Source: a virus (Duplodnaviria > Caudoviricetes). From it: DNA of 40,579 bases. Below are positions 7,396 through 16,900 of this stretch, one piece after another (position 1 is the first letter of the stretch; the number at the start of each line of letters is the position of its first letter). A program made the position numbers and the translations under genes. Location: positions 1 to 40,579 of IMG/VR virus record IMGVR_UViG_3300032125_000009. One strand, given 5' to 3'. The notes under the pieces were generated by a model. It worked only from the letters and a program-made list of their open reading frames with translations. It was not told the origin of the DNA and did no database searches.

Positions 7396-8181
7396 TTAAT
7401 TTTTAAGATATTGATAAATTTCTTTACCAATTGAAGTTAATCTACACTCTATCGGACCATCTTTATCATATGCTTCTAGCAATCCTTCTTTTTGTAATTC
7501 TCTAATTGAGTGTTCTACTCTTTTTATTTTTGATTCATCTATAATATTTTTAACCATACAATATTCTTTTGTAAACTCTTCATGATAATCGGAGGTTACT
7601 TTTTTTGTATAAGATGTACTAGCATTAACTTTTATTAAAGGCCAAGAATTTACGTCAGATATTATAGTTAAAGCTTGAGGAGTTAATTTTTCTATCTGTG
7701 TTAAAACATACTTTTGACTTTCAAACAACAATTCGAATTCATCACTATTCACTACATTCTTCAGAACTGTTGACAAATGATCAGCAAGATCTGAATCAGG
7801 AGGTGTATCTTTTAAGATACTTAAAATCTTATTGAATATAGTGAAACCATAAGGGTCTGTGACAAAATTTGTTAATTTATCTACTGTTCCAGTTTGTTCA
7901 TCTGTCTTTTCAAAATACTGTAAGAGAAGTTTCTTCTCTTTCATTTTTTCCATCTCATCATTCATTTCATCATTCCACCCTATAATTATAGATGCAGCTT
8001 CTCCTAACGGACCCAGTAAAGGTAATCCTTTTTCTTTTAAAAATTTAACACTTTGATATTTTGTGATACCTGTTAGTTCTTCGTCTGATAAACTTATATT
8101 ATCAAGACGTGTTCTAAGTGATTTATCTCTATTTGAATTTTCATTAAATTCTTTAATTTTATCTAATTCATTTTTACTCAT
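7396..8181 (-). CDS. Moron-type accessory gene, Abi-alpha (DUF4393)-like
   Basis: 261 aa from ATG 8181 (GGAGGG RBS). IEKLTPQALTII and the C-terminal ELQKEGLLE...LTSIGKEIY winged-helix-like end resemble Abi-alpha proteins. It has its own TATAAT (8213..8218) and terminator. Confidence 0.55.
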   Translation of the reverse strand: MSKNELDKIKEFNENSNRDKSLRTRLDNISLSDEELTGITKYQSVKFLKEKGLPLLGPLGEAASIIIGWNDEMNDEMEKMKEKKLLLQYFEKTDEQTGTVDKLTNFVTDPYGFTIFNKILSILKDTPPDSDLADHLSTVLKNVVNSDEFELLFESQKYVLTQIEKLTPQALTIISDVNSWPLIKVNASTSYTKKVTSDYHEEFTKEYCMVKNIIDESKIKRVEHSIRELQKEGLLEAYDKDGPIECRLTSIGKEIYQYLKN

Positions 8182-8256
8182 AGTATGTAACCCTCCAATA
8201 TAATTTGATAACATTATATCGGAAAAGACTAGTATTACATACAATGAATATAGAAT

Positions 8257-8532
8257 TTATTCAACTACAGAACGTTCAATTGTTTCTTTAATAACTTCAT
8301 ATTTAATAGATTTACCAAACAATGCAGCTAACTGAGTTTGAAGACTAGCTATTGACTGTACTTTATTCAAGTCTTCTTCTTTGAATTTAGTAGCTGAGTT
8401 AATATCACCCGAAGCAGTTAAGGTATTGTTATACTCGTTATAAAACATAGCTTCTTGTGGCGAGGTACTACCCTCCGCTGTATTTGTTTGTACTAAAATA
8501 TACTTGATTTGATTTCCCACGATTCCGTTCAT
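8257..8532 (-). CDS. Small tail-associated hypothetical protein
   Basis: 91 aa from ATG 8532 with a GAGGAGG RBS; follows the DUF1617-like gene. Confidence 0.7.
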   Translation of the reverse strand: MNGIVGNQIKYILVQTNTAEGSTSPQEAMFYNEYNNTLTASGDINSATKFKEEDLNKVQSIASLQTQLAALFGKSIKYEVIKETIERSVVE

Positions 8533-8533
8533 A

Positions 8534-8971
8534 TTATTTTCCCTCCTCATTTTCTTCATATTTATCCATCAATTTGTCATAAATAAAACTGTGCTCTGGT
8601 GCTATAGGTTCTTGCCAATCATCCAATACACCAAACAGCGCTTCATACTTGCTGCTATATTCTACAAACGAAATTTCTGCTATTTCTTTATTTAATTCTT
8701 CACGCTCTTTTAAAAGTTGTTCTTTTTCTTCTTTTGTTACCTCTTCTTTAAGCTCATACCTTCCTTCACTTATAACCAATTGACCGTCTTCATCTACTTT
8801 AGAATAGGGTTTTAGCAACTCTTTTTCTTGTGTACCGTATTCATTGTTTTTTTCAACTAATCGTTCAATAAATTTTTGTTTCCCTCGAGTAGCATTTCCT
8901 TTCAAATGTAATGATTTTAAAAATAAAACTGCCTGGAATAAGTCTTGATTTTCTAATTTGATTGTTTTCAT
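8534..8971 (-). CDS. DUF1617-like protein downstream of the tail fibre
   Basis: MKTIKLENQDL...L.LKG.A.RG..KF pattern and its position. Confidence 0.7.
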   Translation of the reverse strand: MKTIKLENQDLFQAVLFLKSLHLKGNATRGKQKFIERLVEKNNEYGTQEKELLKPYSKVDEDGQLVISEGRYELKEEVTKEEKEQLLKEREELNKEIAEISFVEYSSKYEALFGVLDDWQEPIAPEHSFIYDKLMDKYEENEEGK

Positions 8972-11900
8972 GCCGCACTCTCCAATTGTTTGATTTTAAG
9001 TTCTAACTCTGTAACTTTACTTTTTAATTGTTGCATTTCTGAGAAAGCTCTGCTTGCAAGTGTATTACTAACATTAGTAACATTTTCTATTGATGTTACT
9101 CTTTGATTCATTTGCTGAATTGCGTGACTGTTCATTAACGATAACTTACTATAATCAATATTGTAAATATCATTCAAAGAATCAAATATAGCTAGCTCTG
9201 GTGTATCCTGAGCAATTAAACCAAACTTGATACCATTAGGTCTATTTGCATCAATCCATTCATAATCTACAAAGATCCATCTGTTAATAGCTGACAAAGA
9301 ATCTCCGCTAGTATTAAAAATATGTTTCTTCAGCCGTCTGTCAGATTGCCCAGTCACTACATTACCCATCATGTTCAGGTTTGCATGCATATTTAATCCA
9401 GTATTTGTTGAACTACTTCTAAGAACATCTAACATAGTAAATCCATTAACTACTAACCTTAATTGGGTGTTACTTCTAACGTCTAACGTGTTCCCATTAA
9501 CCTTTCTAATTTCCATGTTTGTTCCATAATATACTGAATCCATGTTTAATAAGGTATTTCCGTTAGCATTTAAATCCGCATGCAAGTTGAAAGACGCGCT
9601 TGTCACACTCGCTTTACTGGCGCCACCGACCTGTATATTCAATTGAGTATTGGCGTTAAGCACTGCAATTGAACCACTAGCATATAGTTTACCTACCTCA
9701 CTAGTTGTCAGTCCGTTAGAAATGATATGTTGTGGACTATATATTGAAGCAACTTCTGTAATACTGTTACCATTCAAGTTTAATGTTTTTTGCATCCTTA
9801 GAGTTTTTTGACCTTTTGGAACTTCCATTATAGTGTCGTAAACACCGGTGTTTACACCAGTTTCTACGGCCCAATTCATACCTTGACCGTTTCTGGCACT
9901 GAATGAAAGATAAGATTCTGTACTTTGTTGGCTATAGTTTAAACCAACCCTACCTACCTCAGTCCCGCTAAAGTAAAAAGTCATTCCGCCTTTTTGAAGC
10001 ATGGCTTTGTCATTTTGTCCTGTATTATTTATGTGAAGAGCTGTTCCGTCTATACTTAAAGTGCTGTTTAAAGCATTCCAATTTGATTTGATAAAATCTG
10101 TAGTGTTACCTACCAAATTATTTACATTTAAGTTAATAATATTCACATTAGCAGCATTCAAAGTTCCGGCTGTGATTTTGTCAGCTGAAATAGTTTGAGC
10201 TTTAACTGCTGTAACAAATGCAGTTTTGGCTGTCAAAACATTGACATTGGCATCTGTAGCAAAAAGCTTAGTAATCAAAGCTGTATCAGACTTGAGCATA
10301 GTTGAAGTAACTACATCTGCTGTTAAAACCTTGGTTTTTAATGTGGCAATATCAGCATAAACAGCATCTAATGAATAAGCTTTAATATCTGTTACAAATG
10401 CGGTTGTCATGGTGATGTCACCATCTAGCTGAATCCTTTTGCCTTGTAGTAATATGCCCTCAGTTGATAGATTGATTTGACTAATTACTTTGCTAGATTC
10501 CAATCTCAAATTGATAGAGCTATCTAGTTGGGTCATTTTACTGTTATAAGCAGCTGATTCAACTTTTGTACTGACTTGAGTAGCTAATTGAGTGACTTGA
10601 GATTGATTTGCTTTAGTCCCAACTGTTGTCTGAATACCATCTACAGTAGCTTCTAAAGTTGTAAACTTCTCTAAAGTAGCCATATCATTTGGTGCTGGTG
10701 ACCAATCTGTCGCTTTTATACCTTTTTCAAGTTTGATTTTAGAAAATCTCGCTTTTTGATTTTCGCCCAAATTCAAATATACACGCAATAAAGTTCCGTC
10801 TACATTTGCTGAGAATTTTTTGCTGTAAGTGACTCTTACCCACTTAGTAGTGTCAGTTAACACTATTGTAGTACCTGTCATTTCTTTATCATTCACACCC
10901 AATGTTAGCGTGAGCGTTACAGAAGAACTAACAGGTCTAACCCATACACTCACTGTGTATTCTCTACTTCTTCCGTCATCTATAGTAATATCAGGCGGAC
11001 GGAAATCTCCTCCACCATTAGTTCTAGACACTTCGGTTACCATTGACACATTAAGAAAAGGAACACTTTCTAACGCTTTGGATACTACATAAGTTCCACC
11101 GCTATAATTAATTGGACTAAAAGGAGGAATCTCACTGTTGTAAATTAAGTTAGTACCACCAATTTCAAGATTGTTTAAATTAGTACTAACTTGAGTCAAT
11201 TGTAGATTCCAAGCATTCGAAGTAGCGGTTAGCTGAGCTTGATTTACATACCCCTTACCAGTGACCAAGCTATCTACCTGTGCCGAAGTCAATCTAGCGG
11301 TGATAGCCTGCGCTTGTATCCCTAATTCAGCGGTGTGACTATCTACCGTACCTTTTATCGTGTCTACTCGACTACTATCCGCTTTAAATGTCAACCCTTT
11401 ATTAGTAGCAGCAATGTCTAACGTGTTCTGATCAACTGTGCCCTTAACCGTATCAACCAACGACTTATCAGCCTTGAATGATAACCCATCAGCGTTTGCC
11501 TTAATCTGAATTGCTTGATTATCTACTTTGCCAGAAATGGTATCGACTCGACTACTATCGGCTTTAAATGTAACGGAACGCTCTAAATCATCCACTACGA
11601 GGGATAGATTGCCAGTAGTAGATATTGCTGTTTCGGCTTTAGATATGGCTGTTAGAGCGTTTGTCATAGCTGCTTGAGAGTTCGTTTTAGCTGTATTTGC
11701 TGTGCCGAGTGCAGTAGCAGTATCTGATTTAATCTGAGCAACATCTAATTTCATGAACCCAACATCTTCAATTGCTTTATCTGCTTTTAGTACTGCAGCA
11801 TTAGCCGAATTACTAGCTGTAAGGACGTTTTGATTAACAATGAGTAATTGGCTGTCAATCTCTTGAGCCTTTACTTCAGTGTAATGTTTGGCATCAGTGA

Positions 11901-13245
11901 GGGCTTGATTGATTTTTTGCTCTGCTTTGGTTCGGTCAGCATCCGCTTGTTCGATTGCCGCATTGACTTCTTGGCCAATAGCATCCATTCGATTATTAAA
12001 AGGATGAGGAATCCAATTAGCAGACTCTTCATTCCATATAAACATGCCACCTTTGTTATCAAACCATACATCGCCTTCTCGATAGTCACCTTCAGGCTCA
12101 TATTCACTGTAAATTATTTTTTGACCTAGTTGATTAACGATCACATGAGCAATTGTTTTATCTACAGAATTTTTAATATTTGTTTCTACAACTGATATTG
12201 TATTTTGTACGGATCCAGTAAAGTGTTCTAAGGCATCCCCGACGAAGATTTTGATATATCTATTGTTGAAACCATCATATTGATATTTTGTCATACGAAT
12301 CAGCATATCCACATCGTGTTTTAAATACTTAAGGTTTAATTTATCTCCTAAAGCCACTTCAGTTTCATCTACAATATTCGTATCTAACTCAATCGTTCTT
12401 GATGGCTTATCGATGTTTTCAGTAGAAAATTTAAGTGTTAACCAATTTTTCAATTCTTGTTCTGTGCGTGTATCGTTATTTGTAAATTGTTGCTCGAATA
12501 CAATTCCGCTATAAGCATTAATCAGTGGGCTATCTACCGTAGTTTTTATTCTTTTAGTTAGCTGTTTCCCATCTGGTCCGTCTTCAGTCCATTCAGACTT
12601 TCCGTGAACCCGAGTAACAATTCCCTGAACGGATTCTTTATCTACAAAATCAGTTATATTTTTCTTTTCGTATAGCAATGCATCTGTATCTTTACCAAGC
12701 CTACTAACCAACCGGATGTCATAACCATTAATGATTAATTCGCCACTCCATCGGTTTACGATTCTTTTAAAAACTTCTAAAGCATCGTATAACTGATTAG
12801 GATCTTCTTGTGCTTCAGTTTCATCTCTCACACTAAAATCATGAGTACTTAAAATATTAGAAGTGAAAGAGAATTTCGTACCTAGTAATAAATTATTTAT
12901 AAACGTATTTAATACTGATTGACCACTTGAATTACTCAATTTAAAAGGTTTTACCAGCTTATTCCTTAAATCTGCATACAATAAAGGCCACGCTTCAAAT
13001 TCAACGTAGCCTAGTCTTTTATTTACATCCATAATTCTAAATGGCTGCATCCCATCAGGAGTATGAGCTTTAATTATTTTATCTTTTTGAATTAACTTAT
13101 ACCGGTTATTTTCATCTAATGGATGTTTTCCAGTAATAAAAAATTCATCATTAATTGTTCTGTCTACAGTTACTTCATAAGCTTTTGGAAAAGGTTGGCC
13201 ATTGTATATGAAGTCTGTAATTGTACTTTCATACAAATAAATCAT
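8968..13245 (-). CDS. Tail spike/fibre (Tal-type N-terminus, coiled coil, carbohydrate-binding module, gp58-like segment, C-terminal peptidase S74 chaperone)
   Basis: MIYLYE...QPFRI...RWSGEL...LLYEKKNI...VDSPLINAY; GGTNLIYNS...KLEKGIKATDWSPAPND; SQINLSTEGILLQGKRIQLDG; SDRRLKKHI...FGLIAQD. Confidence 0.88.
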   Translation of the reverse strand: MIYLYESTITDFIYNGQPFPKAYEVTVDRTINDEFFITGKHPLDENNRYKLIQKDKIIKAHTPDGMQPFRIMDVNKRLGYVEFEAWPLLYADLRNKLVKPFKLSNSSGQSVLNTFINNLLLGTKFSFTSNILSTHDFSVRDETEAQEDPNQLYDALEVFKRIVNRWSGELIINGYDIRLVSRLGKDTDALLYEKKNITDFVDKESVQGIVTRVHGKSEWTEDGPDGKQLTKRIKTTVDSPLINAYSGIVFEQQFTNNDTRTEQELKNWLTLKFSTENIDKPSRTIELDTNIVDETEVALGDKLNLKYLKHDVDMLIRMTKYQYDGFNNRYIKIFVGDALEHFTGSVQNTISVVETNIKNSVDKTIAHVIVNQLGQKIIYSEYEPEGDYREGDVWFDNKGGMFIWNEESANWIPHPFNNRMDAIGQEVNAAIEQADADRTKAEQKINQALTDAKHYTEVKAQEIDSQLLIVNQNVLTASNSANAAVLKADKAIEDVGFMKLDVAQIKSDTATALGTANTAKTNSQAAMTNALTAISKAETAISTTGNLSLVVDDLERSVTFKADSSRVDTISGKVDNQAIQIKANADGLSFKADKSLVDTVKGTVDQNTLDIAATNKGLTFKADSSRVDTIKGTVDSHTAELGIQAQAITARLTSAQVDSLVTGKGYVNQAQLTATSNAWNLQLTQVSTNLNNLEIGGTNLIYNSEIPPFSPINYSGGTYVVSKALESVPFLNVSMVTEVSRTNGGGDFRPPDITIDDGRSREYTVSVWVRPVSSSVTLTLTLGVNDKEMTGTTIVLTDTTKWVRVTYSKKFSANVDGTLLRVYLNLGENQKARFSKIKLEKGIKATDWSPAPNDMATLEKFTTLEATVDGIQTTVGTKANQSQVTQLATQVSTKVESAAYNSKMTQLDSSINLRLESSKVISQINLSTEGILLQGKRIQLDGDITMTTAFVTDIKAYSLDAVYADIATLKTKVLTADVVTSTMLKSDTALITKLFATDANVNVLTAKTAFVTAVKAQTISADKITAGTLNAANVNIINLNVNNLVGNTTDFIKSNWNALNSTLSIDGTALHINNTGQNDKAMLQKGGMTFYFSGTEVGRVGLNYSQQSTESYLSFSARNGQGMNWAVETGVNTGVYDTIMEVPKGQKTLRMQKTLNLNGNSITEVASIYSPQHIISNGLTTSEVGKLYASGSIAVLNANTQLNIQVGGASKASVTSASFNLHADLNANGNTLLNMDSVYYGTNMEIRKVNGNTLDVRSNTQLRLVVNGFTMLDVLRSSSTNTGLNMHANLNMMGNVVTGQSDRRLKKHIFNTSGDSLSAINRWIFVDYEWIDANRPNGIKFGLIAQDTPELAIFDSLNDIYNIDYSKLSLMNSHAIQQMNQRVTSIENVTNVSNTLASRAFSEMQQLKSKVTELELKIKQLESAA

Positions 13246-13970
13246 AGCCAACTCCACCTTTCTGTTATTTCAACATTCGTAATCCCTGGACCTAAAGTGA
13301 TGATTTGAGTGCTGTCTTCTGGCAACTCAAAAAAATCACCTCTCATGATGCTATTGATAGGCGAATTATATTGATCATATACATTTTGTTCTAACGGCTT
13401 ACTCTCAATAATCAGTTTACTAATTAGTTCTTTTAAATAAACCGTTTGGCTTCCTATTTTTATAGACGTCTGAGTATTGCTGTTTCCATTTACGATGATT
13501 TTTGGATACATTGGCGCATTTGTGTGATTTTTGATTGCACTGCCGTTTGTGTAAATAATCTTTTTTTGATCTAATTCATAACCAAAAGGATTGGTTGTAA
13601 AAATAATTTCTATTCGATAACCAGCAATAGCATCAATAACACTGTGTCCTATTTCAACATCCAAAATTTCATAATAAACATCTGATTCATCTGCCGAAAT
13701 AAGTTTCCCACTATCTTTTGCCCAAAGTTTAATTTGTCTCATTTCTTTTAATGAGGCGGTTGGACAATATAACGCATAACTTTTTGAAATTGGTGGCCAA
13801 GCGTTGATAGTTTCTTTTATGGCACCTGTTGAGTAATCTGTTTCAATGAGTTTGTTTTTCTTCTTAGGAAATTGGAACCCATCATTCTTTTCTACGAAAA
13901 CAGGGAAAGGAAAATCAGCTGTTGATTTATCATTTACTTTTAAAGCGTTAGCCCCTATCAGCTTAACCAC
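13242..13970 (-). CDS. Distal tail protein (Dit)
   Basis: Lies between TMP and Tal; IIFTTNPFGY and N.TNAPMYPKI motifs; ends in RW.WL. Confidence 0.82.
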   Translation of the reverse strand: MVKLIGANALKVNDKSTADFPFPVFVEKNDGFQFPKKKNKLIETDYSTGAIKETINAWPPISKSYALYCPTASLKEMRQIKLWAKDSGKLISADESDVYYEILDVEIGHSVIDAIAGYRIEIIFTTNPFGYELDQKKIIYTNGSAIKNHTNAPMYPKIIVNGNSNTQTSIKIGSQTVYLKELISKLIIESKPLEQNVYDQYNSPINSIMRGDFFELPEDSTQIITLGPGITNVEITERWSWL

Positions 13971-16900
13971 CTCCTTTCATGCTCATAATACTTCCACGCT
14001 TGTAATTGCGGTTCATTATGCTATCTACTTCTCCATAAATACTTCTTCCTACTTCTTTGCTGTCCATTTGGATTACTTGTCCTTGTGCTATTAATTGAAT
14101 TAAACTTTGAAGCAATCCGTTGGTTTCGCTCATGTCCACGTTACCGCCACTGACGCTATTCAAAGCTTGCGTCCGTTGCCCTTGAGTTATCGGAGCTATA
14201 CTTACTTTGCCTTGCGCGACTCGAAAAATCTCTGGACCCGCTTCACCGACTAAGCCTGAGTATCCGTCATAAGCATTTTGGATAGTTCCGCCAGTTGCAA
14301 ATTTTGGAATCATATCCAAATATTGTTTCAACTGATCATTACTTCTAGCTGATGTTTTAAATGATTGTCTGCTTGGCCATACACGAGTACCTTTTGGTAA
14401 AGGATGCAATTCATCAGTTGATCCTGACACACCAAAATTACCTGAAGGGGTTAAATAAGGTTCGCGTTTTCCACCATCACCTAATTTGAAAGTTCCGTCA
14501 TAAGGTGTTGCTGGTGTACCAGTTGCAAACCCTAACCAATCTCCTGCTTTTTTAAAGAAACCGGTAATTGTAAATGATTTATCTTTAGCAGCATTTTTTG
14601 CACTATCAATTTGCCCCTTAACTTTTGGTGCATTAGTATTAGCAGTAATATAAGGAGATTGAGTGTTTAATATTTTTGCAGCACTGGTAGTAGCATTTAG
14701 GTTCCCTTTAGTGTTATTTGAGTTATCTGTTACCGGAATATGTGGAGACTGACTATTCAATACTTTCGCTGCACCAGTTGTGGCATTTAGTTTCCCTTTT
14801 GTATTATCTGAATTATCAGTAACAGGAATGTAAGGTTTTTGACTATCTAATGTTTGTGCTGCTACTGTTGTATATTTTAGTTTTCCTTCTGTTACTGGCG
14901 CATCTGTATTCGTTGATATATATGGAGTTTTACCATTTAAAATATTGGCCGATGAAGACGTAACATTTATTTTACTTGTTGTATCAGGAGCATTAGTTGA
15001 TGTGAGTATTTTTGAATATTTTAATTCGGGAACTTTATCTATTGCTTGTTTTGATTGTCCTGCCACTTCAGGAGCGTTAGAGGTAGCGGTAACCGTTGCA
15101 TTTTTGGGAAGCCATTCGGTTCCATTCCATGTGTAATTTGCTTCCGCAGCTTTTAGCGCTTCTTCAGAAGAATTACTTGTGACAACCATTTCCTTTTCTG
15201 CGGGTGTTAATAAATTCCACAAGCCTGTTGCTTCCAACGCAATCTGTGCAGCACGTCCAGCGTTGGTAGAAATAATCATTTCTTTTTCGGTAGGACTCAA
15301 ATTTTCCCAAACACCTGTATCAATTAGAGCTTGTTTTACAGTTTCAGGAGAATTGCTGTTCAAAATAGCCATCTGATCTTCGTACTTCATATTTTCCCAA
15401 TCGTAATTGGCTTGTAAGAACGATGTGGCTGTTTGTCCTGCATTAGTTTCAACGTCTGCGAATTGAGTTGGAAAGTCCATTTCCCACCACATACCATTAG
15501 CCATCAACGCATCCATTATTTCTTCTTTGGCATTGGTATCTAATTCAGCGTTTTGCATGATAAATTGAAGGTTATTCCAACCTTCTTCAGATTGACTAGC
15601 CTCCGTGATGACTTCAGTTAAGTTTGTTTTAACTTCACCAGTCTTTTCGTCAAGGATCATGCCATTCCAAGTATCATTCGCTTTACGTACTTCTTCAGAA
15701 GCTTCTTCTGATGACTTAGCAATGTACTTATTTGATTGGTCCATTTTCTGGTTTGCCAAATCTAGTTGAGCTTGTATTTCATCGTAACTCAATCCCATAT
15801 CAGAAAGGATTTTCTTTTGTGTTTCTAACGGAATATCTCCACGCTCTTGCCAGACTTTCAAATATTCCATACCGATTTCAGATAAGTCGGCTATTTCAGC
15901 AGCATTAAGTGCTGACATGGCATCATTGTATTCTGACCTGCCTAATACTCCGCTTGTTAGTTGTTCCTCAAGCAATTTAGCTTGTTCATCATAGCCGTCT
16001 TTTATAACTGTCGCTTCTTCGGCTAACATTTCTGTACGTTGTCTTAATTGCTCAGCGGAAAAAGTTCTCAAATCTTCTGCCATTACAGATTGCACATCAC
16101 GTTGTTCTTCAGCACTAAGCTTAAGTGTCTCACTTCTAATTTCAGCTAATCTTGTGTGGTAATTTTCAATAACAACCAATTCAGCATCCGTTACTGATCT
16201 GTTTTCGGCAAGTGCATTTTCATAAATACCAGTGATAGCTGACTGAATTTTATCAACTTCAGCGATTAATTCAGTCTGTTCAGCCACCCCAGCAGTCATT
16301 GATTCAGCGACAATCTTCTTAACTGATTCAGGTAGTCCAGCTAAACCTTCTTCTGTTTCTGCAATAGTTGTTTGTATGTCTTTTTTGATACCTTCAGCCA
16401 TACCACTATAAGCGTCAACTGCTCTTGTAGTACCTTCTTCAATGTTAAAAGCCATTAAATCAGTAGCCAGACCTGCTTCATCAGAAAGCTTTGTAAAACT
16501 ATCAAGTGCTAGATCAGCTTCTTCACCGATGTCAGAACCCCATTGTTTGGTTCGTTCGCCGGCTTCATAAGCTCCTTCACCCCACAGCTTCCAAGCGCCA
16601 TAACCAGCGCCTACCGCTAAAGTGATACCCGCTATCCAAGGCAACGCTGCTCCTAAAGCTAAAGTTAAACCACCAACACCACTTGTTCCACCTGCTCCGG
16701 CTGCGGCTAAAGCTAAACCATCAACAGAACCTGCTGCAACTTTTGTAGCTCCACCAGCCAAAGACATTGCAGCTTTTGCGCCACCGATGGTTTTAGTTAG
16801 TCCTCCACCTAATTTTATTAAACTTCCAACACCTTGACCCATAGTTCCTATTACAGATAACACCGGACCAGCCGCTGCTGCTAAACCTATCCATTTCAAG

